Shown here: positions 21,501 through 31,365 of the stretch, one piece after another | How positions within the stretch are numbered: the stretch's first letter is position 1 | Layout of the letters: every line of letters begins with the position of its first letter | Assembly: GCA_009859145.1 (NCBI GenBank) | Contig: VRVR01000005.1 | Location: forward strand, 88,745-152,744 | From: Andalucia godoyi And28 | Taxonomy: Eukaryota > Protista > Jakobida | Direction of reading: 5' to 3' | Length of the DNA: 64,000 bases | Notes under the pieces: model-generated | The model's input: the letters and a program-made list of their open reading frames with translations, nothing else | Database searches by the model: none | Told to the model about the DNA's origin: nothing | Position numbers and translations under genes: made by a program

Positions 21501-23995
21501 CACAGATTGTTCCTTTTGATGCTTGCCATATCATCAGGCAGATAGCAGTTCACGATGATCTGAATGCGTTGATAGTGAACATTGGGTTATTGAAGCATAT
21601 CATGACTGCACTGATTGAAACACAGTACCTGGAGCAGCAGAAGGATGCATTGCGGGCCATCATTGCTATCGGATTCACCGATATTGGTAAGGAAGCGGTC
21701 CGCAAGGTCGGTGCCATTCCCGTCATTGTGAAACTGTCTCGGCGGTCCGACCTTTTACGACCACTTGTTGCACAGTCCCTGATGGTTCTCAGTTCCGATT
21801 CCGAAAATCGCATCGAGATCCGCCGCAGAAACGGGATTGACTTGCTGATTTCGATTCTGTCATCGGCCTCCGACGTGCCGTCGCTCAGATTCGGTTCAGG
21901 AGCACTGCTTAACCTTTCCGTTAACGAAAAGAACAAGGAGCTTATTCGCGTCGCTGGCGGCCTCCCGGTGTTGTTGACGCTGGTTCTCCATTCCGATGCA
22001 CATGTCCGTCAGTATGCGCTGCGAACGCTGTCAAATCTGATTCTTGTCTCGGCAAACGCTGCAGAATTGGCAGAGAGCCCTTTTGTGGAATCTGTTGTGA
22101 AGTGTTTGACAGACCAGGATGCTAATGTCGTTTCCTATGCTGCACGACTTCTTGCTCTCGCCTGCACAGAGGAGAGGCTCTTGAGTGCCATGATCATCGA
22201 TGGCCTGACTTCCATATGTCTATTGCTGCAGCACACCAGCCCACGAGTTCTGGACGATGCTCTTGCACTTCTTCCTCAACTGTGCATGCATGAGGCGCCG
22301 CGGGAAGTCCTGTTCCGAGATGGGCATTTGCCCAAGATTGTGTCCATTCTGAAGGCCGTTATGTTGGATGACAAACTCGAGTCGGCCGAAACGATTGCTT
22401 CTCGACGCGCTTCTACGTTGAGTATATTGTGCTACGTCAGCACCGTCCGCGAGGCTGTCCCGCAGCTGATCCGACTGGGCCTTCCGTCGATGTGCTTCCA
22501 ATTGATGTACCACAGCTCCTCGTTTGGCGTGTACCCTCATCGGTTGGAAAGTATCTATCTGCTGGCAAATCTGTCTGTCGTTCCGGAGCTGTGTGCGGAC
22601 ATTCCCAATAACAGTCGTCTCTTGCAGGTTATTCAACTTTTTGAGGAGCCAGAAGCGCCAGTCGTTGCGGAAGCTGTCCGGTTCATGGGGAACGTAGTTC
22701 CCAACTCTTCGGTTCGTGCCATGTTTTACGGAATCGATGGACTGGCACGGTTGTACAGGTTGTTTACTCGAAAGGAGGTCTCCGTGATCCTGAACTGTGT
22801 CAAGTTGATTACCGAGCTAACAAAGGATATCGACGCGTTGCAGTCTGTGCTGCAAGCACCAGGGGTCCTGGAGTTGTTGGTTCGGTGTTTGCGTTATGGC
22901 AAGCCTGAATTGACAAGAGCTGTTCTTCAGTTCATTCGAAACAACATTTTCTTTGATCGCTTCCGAAACGACACTCTGGAACTCCAAATTATCGAGTGTC
23001 TTCTCGATCTTGTGGTGTTGGACGATCCTGTTATCCAGAAAGACACGCTGTCCACACTGCAGGCATACTGCGGGTATATTGATTGTCTAGACGAGTTCAT
23101 CGGTGCCGGCGGTTTGGATGTGTTCGACGACCTTCTTGCACAGACTGCAGAGCAATCTTTCCAGAAACACCTCATGGATGTTCTGATCGAGGTCTCCAAG
23201 GTTTCCGAATTTCACGGCGACATTCTCCGACACCCCAAGGTGTTCTCCATCCTCGAGACGTGGAGTACGGATGCCACGGGCCTGCAGATCCATATCCTGC
23301 GATTGTTGTGTTCTTTGGCTGCAAGCTCGAACGGGCGCGATGTGATTATCGACATGATTCCACAAAAGCTATTGATGCATTTCATTGGCGAAGCGGTTGG
23401 CGACAAGCACGCGATGTCTCTTTCATTGTTTGCGAGAATCTGCTTTGACAGAGACTCTCTTCTGGAAATGGTCCATAATGGAGGCCTGCCGCTGTTCTTG
23501 TCCGCGCTGCGCAAGTCTGAGGATCCTGTGAAATTGCTGGTCCTCCGAACTCTGATATCGGTTGCGTCTTTCCCCGGAGGCGCAGCGCAGATTGCTCGTC
23601 GTGACGGCGTGAATGAAGTCTACCAGTGTCTCAACAAAGTATCTCCAGCGCTTCACAACCACGCGGTCTTGCTGATGTCCATCCTGTCCAACGATGCAAC
23701 CGCATGCATGAAGGTCGCTTCCTACGACATGACGCTTTGCTTGCCGTATTCTCAGAGTGCTGAGGAGAAGGACGCGATTGCAAATGTTGCAGAATTTGCG
23801 CTTCAGTTGATGTTTAACATTGCCAAGATTGCGCCTCGAGCGCTCAGCCCCGATCCCGTTCTTCAGTTCATCATCAAGCACTACAATGAATCCTCAGAAG
23901 GAACACCCGCCGCATCGTACTCGGCCGAGGTCATCAAAACCCTCAAGTCGAACCCCGTCATGAATGCACGCATCTCTGCATTTCTTCAAGCTTGA
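18539..23995 (+). CDS. Large protein (about 1,800 aa) with N-terminal coiled coils and C-terminal armadillo repeats
   Basis: Uninterrupted ORF. ARM repeats in the C-terminal half (GAIPVIVKL, NGIDLLISIL, GALLNLS, GGLPVLLTL, ALRTLSNL, GGLPLFLSAL). First ATG at 18539. Confidence 0.9.
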   Translation: MSHLLAMEQIRLVEAAFRQDMTFAADLGSCVSSIAPQVTSLRTAVGNNDPVNEQIVRDLLCKLSISCFRKLLFPNQSDLSFVVESRGRLDQLFQYLWDLYISSSQLLPELGRALQPVLDDMAKCEQCPEVVNVTFHAPSTVFNLEQNLKAFLQSIEAMQHVFADIQEKNMLPADNDGSDADHHHHRHHDVIHGDMSEAESTELERLRETVRTQEEEWKKIMNIIDRVIESTQFLAQEASPGRRESRVQTFLSRMDLLIAQHPGSPIGARARSPHGRPRSGSSSLDELTMWPQKEKKLQEEIRAREEQMDMKDSLIEQLNTDIAFLKTQIGNLQDEMHGRASLDPEAGDVERTNGSMASRSREYQSGLQSSSTNRNSSSLGGFIIPDDDDHNPDSAPAIRTSVSCLYSNATNEDRIVVSVSQSATPSALLREEDYVALCNRVQALQAENEQLQSSFGLIERYERQVQVLEYQSGDLRHQVESLQAELALYNKVCVDQAVQVAVGVRSRQIQTTQTMKLETEKDVLILNLQNNQREPADFIAVNLFAFEYLDHSLDTIRVSVSDVVQPAEYRRELYFKSLDIQTLEAQLSIHQENHDSQHVARSTSPSELVVDSKALIRSLKAENTLLSSQVASLKVSIVAHEKEIQEVTEKYEAKLKLYYDASSDVRKFDQHLSKMKTEVEEAASEKILELQKELSAVEEHHRTALERAAEKLNAEWKERMDAEHRLWSSLHRSSVPPSSKSVVPGTADSVALGVDYEALSVSNLENYTLQQRSPGGRPHSSPYVRNPRRPSDRPSSFSGYRRKIRNANGMEEEEVDDATNVDGLVSPIVAHPNSGSLLDDRSLAVSNQEHLRPSTTQSVFAEDMQHRVTAKTLLHRAFEVLGKIKTAVQSVSVSVDENKSVDDSIRKQRFVLKQTLKMLEDELVADATMSVTLSTPLSLTCLFDILAFDCPAFATAVGKLLKTVTISPEALSYIKRRGDAVPILAQLSQIVPFDACHIIRQIAVHDDLNALIVNIGLLKHIMTALIETQYLEQQKDALRAIIAIGFTDIGKEAVRKVGAIPVIVKLSRRSDLLRPLVAQSLMVLSSDSENRIEIRRRNGIDLLISILSSASDVPSLRFGSGALLNLSVNEKNKELIRVAGGLPVLLTLVLHSDAHVRQYALRTLSNLILVSANAAELAESPFVESVVKCLTDQDANVVSYAARLLALACTEERLLSAMIIDGLTSICLLLQHTSPRVLDDALALLPQLCMHEAPREVLFRDGHLPKIVSILKAVMLDDKLESAETIASRRASTLSILCYVSTVREAVPQLIRLGLPSMCFQLMYHSSSFGVYPHRLESIYLLANLSVVPELCADIPNNSRLLQVIQLFEEPEAPVVAEAVRFMGNVVPNSSVRAMFYGIDGLARLYRLFTRKEVSVILNCVKLITELTKDIDALQSVLQAPGVLELLVRCLRYGKPELTRAVLQFIRNNIFFDRFRNDTLELQIIECLLDLVVLDDPVIQKDTLSTLQAYCGYIDCLDEFIGAGGLDVFDDLLAQTAEQSFQKHLMDVLIEVSKVSEFHGDILRHPKVFSILETWSTDATGLQIHILRLLCSLAASSNGRDVIIDMIPQKLLMHFIGEAVGDKHAMSLSLFARICFDRDSLLEMVHNGGLPLFLSALRKSEDPVKLLVLRTLISVASFPGGAAQIARRDGVNEVYQCLNKVSPALHNHAVLLMSILSNDATACMKVASYDMTLCLPYSQSAEEKDAIANVAEFALQLMFNIAKIAPRALSPDPVLQFIIKHYNESSEGTPAASYSAEVIKTLKSNPVMNARISAFLQA

Positions 23996-24314
23996 TCATT
24001 GTCCATGCCTTGGCACTCTGTCTCTTGTTGTTCTTGTTCTGGTAAGTGTTGGTGCTGCTGCTGCTGTTCACCGCCACGTTTGTACATCTTGGTGCGAAGG
24101 ATGTACTGTTTTTTTTTGTTGTGCGATCTCGATCATAAATTCCCTGTTCCAAAATGAAGAAGCAAGGAGGAGTTTGTTGCTGTGGGATGATGCGGGGCGC
24201 GGGAGGGAGAGAGAAGAAGGAGTATGAATCACAAAAGTGGAAAATGAACATTGATGAACAATTAAAATATTGATTAACCCCTCTGCCCCAGTTCAGGCGT
24301 CTCAAGTCCTAACC

Positions 24315-24941
24315 TCACAAACCGTCCGCGTCACTCTTCAATGGAACGCGTGCATTCTTGTCTAAATGAAAGAATATCCACGACGTGAGTTCCCGGAATC
24401 GATCGTCTTCCGATGCCACCGAAGAAAGCACAAACTCCTTCGAGACTCCCGCATGTTCGGTCTTTGCAACGTCCTGAAATGCTTCAAATGCCCGTTTTGC
24501 GTCGAGCTGATCCGAGTCAAGAGCATCTGTCTTTGTAAACACAATCACCATAGGAACATTCCTGAGCTTGTCTTCCCCATTCCAAAGCCTCTGTGCGACA
24601 TGCAGCTGCTCAGAAATCCTATCTGGCCGCGACACATCCACAACAAACAACACCATATGGCACGCATCGTAGTATGATTCCCACAGCGGACGAAGCGACG
24701 CGGCGCCTCCAACATCCCAAAACGTAAGCTCTGTTCCTCTGTGAAGCACACTCACCATATCAAGACCCATGGTAGGCTTTGGAGGATCCTTCAGAAGATC
24801 CGGTTTTGGAAGGGCCTGATAAACACACCGGATTCTCTCCAGAATGCTCGACTTTCCAGCTCCATCAATCCCGATGCACAAAATCTTGTACTCTCTACTC
24901 GGCCACAGCCACTCTGAAAGCCCTGAGCAAAGTGAATACAT
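24315..24941 (-). CDS. ARFRP1: ARF-related GTPase ARFRP1 (yeast Arl3), divergent
   Basis: N-terminus MYSLCSGLSEWLW..EYKILCIG; G1 GIDGAGKS, G2 PTMG, G3 WDVGGA, then LW.SYY and G4 TKTD. First plausible ATG at 24941. Confidence 0.75.
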   Translation of the reverse strand: MYSLCSGLSEWLWPSREYKILCIGIDGAGKSSILERIRCVYQALPKPDLLKDPPKPTMGLDMVSVLHRGTELTFWDVGGAASLRPLWESYYDACHMVLFVVDVSRPDRISEQLHVAQRLWNGEDKLRNVPMVIVFTKTDALDSDQLDAKRAFEAFQDVAKTEHAGVSKEFVLSSVASEDDRFRELTSWIFFHLDKNARVPLKSDADGL

Positions 24942-25637
24942 GACTCCTCCCCCAATTCTAATACAAATACGATTGGATCTGTTCTTTTCCCGTTCTTCAG
25001 AATTCGCCCCACATCCAGCATAAGGAATTGAAGAACACAAAGAAGCACAAAGGAAAGGCTGCCACCGTCAAATAATAACACGTCATTGTCATACAAACGG
25101 AAGGAAGCATACATAATCAATACTGGCCGACACTAGCACGTTTGTTTCACAGGGAATCCGTGCTTATGCACGCTCGGCCAGAATTCAGCTAGTGACAGAG
25201 GCTCTGCATTTTTGACACTCTTTAACGCAGCATCCGTAGCCATCTGTTCTATCATTCGTTGGTTCCACTTTTTTATTCAAATATGGATGTGAGTGCGCTG
25301 GGATGACGCATTGAGACCAGGGAAGAACTCGCGGGTGTGTCTGCATGTACTGCAGTTTTTTCGCCTTTTTTAATTTTAATTTTATAATCTTTTGTTTTTA
25401 CTATTTTTCGTCTTTATTTATATATATGTTTATTTTTCAATTCTTTGTTTTGCTGATTTGCTGAACAACAACAACACCAGTGTACGTACGCACGTCACCC
25501 ATACACACAGACATACGCTCGTACAGACGAGTTGCATTGTACAAAGGAACCGGAAAAGGGAAGGGAGCATCATCATCATCATCAGCAGCAGCAGCAGAAG
25601 AAGAAGAAGAAGAAGAAGAAGAAGAAAAGGAAGAAAG

Positions 25638-26264
25638 ATGAGCGAGAGTGAATTGACAGCGAGTGTTTCCGAAAGTGAGTTGAAGAGTGCTTTGAGGTAT
25701 GCGCGAGGAGTGGTTCATCGGCTTGAGAAGCAGGCGACGCCGGAGATTTTGCCGAGGACAGTGATTTTGGAATCGTCGATTTCGAATTACACGACTGGAA
25801 AGCTGGTTTCTTCGACGCTGAAGAAGGCTGCCGAGGATCCATTGAGTGGGATTCGACGAGGGCATGGGGCTGAACAGGACGTGCAGAAGAAGAAGCGATG
25901 TTGGCATGAAATGAACAGTGTGGAATTGACCCCGGAGCTCAAAAAGGATCTCTTGGCACTGCAGCTTCGAAGTTATACAGACCCGAAGAAAGTGGGCCAG
26001 AAGAGAGACGAGCTTGCGAAGAAGCTTCCTGATCAGTTCCAGATTGGAACTGTTGTGGACGATGCGTATGATCCGTTCAGAAGGCTGTCGAAAAGAGCGC
26101 GGGGTCAGTCGTTTGTCGATCAGTATGTGCAGGTGGATGATGTGAAGGAGTATGCCGGGAAGAAGTTCAAGGAGATCATGCAGGATCGGGCAAATACAAG
26201 AAAGAAGAGCGTTGCGAGAACTGCAAACGTCCAGAAACGGAAAGGCGGGTCGCATCGTAAGTAG
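25638..26264 (+). CDS. FCF2: Fcf2 pre-rRNA processing protein
   Basis: W..M...ELTPELKKDLLALQLRSYTDPK...LPDQFQIGTVVD...RLSKR.R..SFVD...Y...KFKEI. Confidence 0.85.
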   Translation: MSESELTASVSESELKSALRYARGVVHRLEKQATPEILPRTVILESSISNYTTGKLVSSTLKKAAEDPLSGIRRGHGAEQDVQKKKRCWHEMNSVELTPELKKDLLALQLRSYTDPKKVGQKRDELAKKLPDQFQIGTVVDDAYDPFRRLSKRARGQSFVDQYVQVDDVKEYAGKKFKEIMQDRANTRKKSVARTANVQKRKGGSHRK

Positions 26265-26650
26265 CAGATTCCTCGCTTTTCTCGAGAAGTTGGAAGCTTC
26301 TTTGATTTGTTAATGATTATTTATGATGATTATTATTTTTGAAGGGTTTCATGGGTTTGTATCAGAAAAGATACTTAATGGGTACGTGTTGTCGTTCCTG
26401 TGCACGACCAGCTGGAAACTTTCCAGTGAACAAGTAGCACTCGGGGCAACAGAGCGGCTGCAAACGTGAACGAGGGAGTGGAGCAAGGCAGGAAAGGAAG
26501 CGGCGAAGCGAGGAGGCAATGGGTTCCATGCATGATGCGCAACGATAAACGAAAACTGAATACGCTCGAAGTAGTACATGCAAACAGGCAGAATACGGCA
26601 GAATAGTGAAAGGAAACGCCAAAGACTGCAAAATAAAAATAAAAATAAAA

Positions 26651-26684
<34 letters not shown>

Positions 26685-26693
26685 TAAAAATTA

Positions 26694-28643
26694 TCAGTAA
26701 GGCCGTCGACCGGCCATTAACGCACTCGGGATTTGGATGGGCATCGAAGTGGCATAGATGGACAGTCCTGGATTTTGCGACATGTCCGAAACATCCCAGT
26801 CTCCCGCATCCACAGATGCATCCTCGGTTGTCTTCGAGCGCGGAGCGTCATCGTCATCGTCATCATCAGAAGTCGAATCGTCATTGTTGGATACACCGTC
26901 CACTTGCCACATCGCAGGTGGAGCATACGTCCGAGCGACATTGTCTGTGCGACCAGCAGGCCCCTGCTTCTTGCGAACAATCCTCAGCGGCGCAAGGCGG
27001 GGAATCGGAGGACCCGTCGTGCGCGCGGAAACATCTTGAGCAGCAACAGAAACCGTTTCAGGCTTGCTTGGTTGCTCTTGTTCCGCATCGGAAGCATTGC
27101 TCATGTCCAGCTTTCGTCGGGCCTTCTGAGCAGAGCCAGGCGAACTGGATGCAGCGGCTTCATCAAGACGCTGTGAGACATGTGTCTTGGGAACAGACTG
27201 CAATTCCGATTCACTGCTGTCGAGTGCAGAGAGATCCATTGTTCCATGGTGCGGCTGCTGCGTCCCCAACTTCCCAAGCAGGCCATCTTCATCACAATTG
27301 TCAAGGTCCAGAGAATCCAACATGACACGCTGCGATTTGGCCATCTTTCTGAGCCCCGCAGACTCTTGGGTAGACGGAAGTGCACCAGCGCCCAAAGCAG
27401 CCACAGCCGCTGCGGCTTCAAACAACGGCTTGGGAACCACGGCCGGTTCGGGAGTCGGTCCTTCTTTGGACGACAGTCTCTGTTGATTCTTGGAATTCGG
27501 CAGGCTGTTGTGACTACTCACAGTCTGCAACTCCTGCTTTTCTGCCTTGACCATCTTGTCCTTCTGCGAGGTCGACATTTCAACGGAATATGGAACTGTT
27601 GCAGTGGGAGGAGCCGAAGATTGGTAATACGCTGGTTTGACTTGCAACGGCGGCTGCGAATGATGCTGCGGATGAAATTGCTGCTGATGGATGAACGCAG
27701 TCGAAGAAGAATTTGTTTGCGACGTTGACAAGAGCGTCTCCGTCAGCAGTCCAGATCCCCTTGTGGAAGTCCCAAAATCACCATGCTTGGGCAACGACGA
27801 AGGCTTTGACAAAGACGAGCTGGTAGATCCTATGCTACGTGCTATGTTCGCTCCGTGTTGCGATGCAGTTGCAGACGAGTCCTGTTGACCAGACCCTGTC
27901 AGCAAGCGTGCAGACTCTGCATCGTTGTGCTTCAATCTGAGAGAGACCAGCGCAGGATGCAGCCCTTCGACACCGCAGACCTCCAAACTCTGTCGCCGAG
28001 TTGTCTCCAAAAACTCATTCAAGTCCACCGCACCACCTCCACTCGCGCCTTTCTTCGAAGGGGACAAGCTGGTCTTCTCTGACTTTAATCTGCATATCTC
28101 ATTGTACAAGGAATCCCGCTCCTTGACACACTTCTGCTCCAAAACCAAGTACTTTGCCTTTTCCATCTGCTCAAAAGCCTTGATTCTCGCAACCATGTAT
28201 GACTTTTCTTTCTCCAGAGCCTCGTCCAACTGTTTCTGCAGCGCAATCTGCACCGTCTTGTCCTCGAGCTGACGGCAGTTCAGCGCACCTTGCAGCGCAG
28301 GATCGCACGCGTTCATCAGAATGTGAAACACGGAGGAATATACGGGAGAAGCACTGAGCTCGTGCAGAGAGTCCCGCGAGATTCTAAGCGATCCATCGAC
28401 GTAGTAAGTGTTGTCTTCCTTCAGTGTGCAGCACAGAGTTGTTCTGCAATGCAAGCAATGGAACACTCGAAACTCCGGGGTGAAAAACACGGAAAGCAAA
28501 TCGCAGTGTGCAGCTTTGAATCCCATCAAATGAAGAGGCCCCGACACAGTCCGGCCAGGAAACGGAGTGTCTGCAAGCTCAACCGACGCATACGAAGAAA
28601 GCTGAATGCTGAGGTTCAAACATCTGCACGTAAACAAACTCAT
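26694..28643 (-). CDS. Hypothetical protein with an N-terminal Cys motif, a coiled coil and a C-terminal YATSMPIQIP motif (PRAS40/Lobe-like?)
   Basis: 649-aa ATG-initiated ORF: MSLFTCRCLN, FHCLHC, a coiled coil, a long S/Q/P low-complexity region and an acidic patch before SIYATSMPIQIP. Confidence 0.75.
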   Translation of the reverse strand: MSLFTCRCLNLSIQLSSYASVELADTPFPGRTVSGPLHLMGFKAAHCDLLSVFFTPEFRVFHCLHCRTTLCCTLKEDNTYYVDGSLRISRDSLHELSASPVYSSVFHILMNACDPALQGALNCRQLEDKTVQIALQKQLDEALEKEKSYMVARIKAFEQMEKAKYLVLEQKCVKERDSLYNEICRLKSEKTSLSPSKKGASGGGAVDLNEFLETTRRQSLEVCGVEGLHPALVSLRLKHNDAESARLLTGSGQQDSSATASQHGANIARSIGSTSSSLSKPSSLPKHGDFGTSTRGSGLLTETLLSTSQTNSSSTAFIHQQQFHPQHHSQPPLQVKPAYYQSSAPPTATVPYSVEMSTSQKDKMVKAEKQELQTVSSHNSLPNSKNQQRLSSKEGPTPEPAVVPKPLFEAAAAVAALGAGALPSTQESAGLRKMAKSQRVMLDSLDLDNCDEDGLLGKLGTQQPHHGTMDLSALDSSESELQSVPKTHVSQRLDEAAASSSPGSAQKARRKLDMSNASDAEQEQPSKPETVSVAAQDVSARTTGPPIPRLAPLRIVRKKQGPAGRTDNVARTYAPPAMWQVDGVSNNDDSTSDDDDDDDAPRSKTTEDASVDAGDWDVSDMSQNPGLSIYATSMPIQIPSALMAGRRPY

Positions 28644-28809
28644 TCATCCAGACTCGCCACCCAAAGCCGGACCCGAGCACACAAACGAACGAATACGACT
28701 CTTCAACAACACCAACACCCAACAACAACAACAACAGCAGCAGCAGCAGCAGCAGCAACAAACAAGAAGAAGAAAAACTGAAAAAAGGAATTACAAAGCA
28801 AAACAGGAT

Positions 28810-28875
<66 letters not shown>
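28810..28875. repeat. (TAC)n microsatellite, about 22 copies
   Basis: Perfect trinucleotide run in the divergent intergenic region, with a (CAA/CAG) run nearby at about 28720-28760. Confidence 0.95.
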
Positions 28876-29254
28876 AAAGGAAGAGATCGGTTGAAAAAGA
28901 AGAGAACAACGTATATTTTTATCATGCAACAAAAACACGATCAAAAGGTTTGCGATAAAACCCCAACAACAGCATAGGAAATTACAGGGACACTTCCACC
29001 AAAGCAATGGTAGTGGTGACATTTGGGGAACACAAATAAACAAAACAAAACCAAAACCAAAAAATGGTCCGACAAGAAGGGTTGTGGAATCACTTGATGC
29101 ATCGTCTTTTCCTTTTTTAAAAATATAATATAGACATATTATCTCCTCGGGGGATTTGCTAAGCAGTGAATCGTTGGGCTGGGTTGCGCAATGGGCGTGT
29201 TTTTGGCAGCTGGCAGGGTGCGGTCGTGCGGTAGTTTGGGAGTTCGAGAAGGGA

Positions 29255-29923
29255 ATGCCAAAGTTGAATTCGACGACGAGAATCTTGCGGTATCATGGAG
29301 CATCACTCCGAGCGTCGGATCGAGGAATCTTGGAATCGGCGACTGCGTGGTTCAATGACCGAGTACTGGCATTTGGTCTGGAAGCTATTGCGCACGCATC
29401 GCCTATTGCTCCGTACGCGGAGAGCATTGCATTTCTGGAACCATCTGCTTCCTTCATGTTTTCTTTTCTGGATTGTGAGTCCGTCAAGCTGCAGATCTCC
29501 CCTTTGAATCTTGGTGACATGAGCTTTGTCATTGTCCCAGTCAACGACAATGAAGACTTGGAGCTTGCGAATGGTGGCTCGCATTGGTCTTTGCTTGCTC
29601 TGAACTGCAAAACTCACACGTTCTCGTACTTTGACTCTGGGTATGGGACCACAAACGAAAGAATTGCACGTTCTCTCGCTCGGGTACTGCATACCATACT
29701 GTTTCAGAATGACGCAGGACCGTCAGTCCAGTTTGTTGTGTGTGACGACTGTGCGAAACAGGAAAATAGCTTTGATTGCGGATTGCATCTCATCAACAAT
29801 GCTCTGGCGTATCTGGCGAATGAATGCAGCCTGGCTGCAATCGCACCATCCGCTAGGTTCACGAGGAAATCCTTGCTGCAGATACTCGACGATCAGGCAG
29901 AACTGGTGCTTTTAGAAGAATGA
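29255..29923 (+). CDS. SENP8: NEDD8-specific protease 1 (Ulp/SENP8 family)
   Basis: YH.A.LR.SD..IL...AW.ND..LAF, VPVNDN, GGSHWSLL, YFDS and QENSFDCG: complete His-Asp-Cys triad. Confidence 0.9.
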   Translation: MPKLNSTTRILRYHGASLRASDRGILESATAWFNDRVLAFGLEAIAHASPIAPYAESIAFLEPSASFMFSFLDCESVKLQISPLNLGDMSFVIVPVNDNEDLELANGGSHWSLLALNCKTHTFSYFDSGYGTTNERIARSLARVLHTILFQNDAGPSVQFVVCDDCAKQENSFDCGLHLINNALAYLANECSLAAIAPSARFTRKSLLQILDDQAELVLLEE

Positions 29924-30212
29924 CTGTCGTTCTGTTTTGCATGGTGTCACGTGGCTTCACTGCATCTTTAATGCTTGCTTCCGGGTGCGCGTTCGGGCAG
30001 AGGTCGGATGTCGCAGTGGTCTCGATTGGTCGAAATGCAGCAGGGAGACATTCGCGGCTTCTCTATCGAAACTTTGCCCCAGCCTCAAAGCGGCAGTAAG
30101 TGGTTGCAGGATAAAGAGGTGCGGGGGCGAGGTTTAGATTATTATTTTTGTTTTTTAATACTCGCGGACTGGAGCGTGAGCACCGGAGGGTGGAGATGGG
30201 TGAGATGTCTCG

Positions 30213-31055
30213 TTAATAAGTAGGTTCTTCGATGACTGGTCGGTTCATCATCTGCTCTTGCTTGAGATGTCCGGCTCGTGGAATGATTTCTGCCGCCTTG
30301 TTGATGAACATGTTCTTCATTTCCATTGCCATTTTCCTATTGTTTTCGTCGTCTAAAAAGTTCTTGACGCGAGGAATAAGCGGGAGAGAAAAGAGGAATG
30401 CCGTGAAGAAGAAGGACATTGCAAAGAACGAAAACGCGTTCAGGACATAGGAAAGCATCCAGACGATGCCCAAGAATTTGGCAGAAGCCTTCACATCCTT
30501 GACCATCACAACATTGACGACATTCTCGGCTGCGGCGGATAAGACATCAAGGATTCCGTTCGCAAGCAGTCCTGCATCTTCCTTGGAAACGATCTTTCGG
30601 ATCGAAAATTGCTCTGCAGAAAGCGTCCGTTTCGTGATCTTGAAGTACACAGCAGAGATTGCAGAACCCCAGAATAGCATCGATGTCAGCAGCGAAGCCA
30701 GCGTCCAGTCATACAGTGCAAGAGTATAGAAGACCGACATGCAAAGTGCAAATGCTTTCCCGCTCTTTGACTTGTTTCTCCAATGGAACACATCGCGCAG
30801 CTCAACCAGCAATGGGTGCAAGACATCACGAGCACTTCGATCTTTCTGCTCCAGCGACAACAAGGGCGCGGAAATCGGGGACTTCGCCGCCACCATTGCT
30901 GGAGGAGAAGCCATCCCAACTGTAGCAGCAGTTGCGCGTTTGAAGAGCAATTGCTGGCCGTTGTTGCTGTTATTATTGTTCAGTCCTCCCACATAAGCTG
31001 GAACTTGCACACTCGAACGAGGCGCGATGTTTTCCTTTAGAATTCCACGATCCAT
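30213..31055 (-). CDS. Reticulon-domain protein
   Basis: DVFHWRNKSKSG followed by two long hydrophobic segments separated by a hydrophilic loop; FLFSLP near the C-terminus. Confidence 0.85.
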   Translation of the reverse strand: MDRGILKENIAPRSSVQVPAYVGGLNNNNSNNGQQLLFKRATAATVGMASPPAMVAAKSPISAPLLSLEQKDRSARDVLHPLLVELRDVFHWRNKSKSGKAFALCMSVFYTLALYDWTLASLLTSMLFWGSAISAVYFKITKRTLSAEQFSIRKIVSKEDAGLLANGILDVLSAAAENVVNVVMVKDVKASAKFLGIVWMLSYVLNAFSFFAMSFFFTAFLFSLPLIPRVKNFLDDENNRKMAMEMKNMFINKAAEIIPRAGHLKQEQMMNRPVIEEPTY

Positions 31056-31365
31056 TGTTCCTATTCTTGTTTTTCTTATAAAGGACAAAAACGGGAAAAT
31101 TAAAAATTAAAGAAAAAGAAAGAGCTGTGGTTTTTTTTTTTTTGTTGGTATTTTTCAACGTGCAGTACGGAAAAAAGGACCGTTAATTTTTTAATTAAAA
31201 AAAAAATGCAAAACCGGAGCGATGGTTCTACAGTCAGTGACAGTCGATGTCCGGAAAACCCGAAGTGTACCATAAATAAACTAGAGTGGGTTTGGGGTTT
31301 GCTTCTTCTCAGCTCACTCATTTTTTCTTTCAACACAAAACGAGAGGGAGGGAAGGGAGAAGGAA

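Noticed and set aside
25236-25254. GTAGCCATCTGTTCTATCA, resembling the U2 snRNA branch-pairing region, near an ATTTTTG Sm-like site
   Set aside because: The GTAGTA branch-recognition sequence is broken, the conserved U2 5' end is absent and the Sm-like site is on the wrong side.
28579-29043. ORFs with poly-Tyr, poly-Val or poly-Ser on both strands
   Set aside because: They are translations of the (TAC)n and (CAG)n microsatellites.
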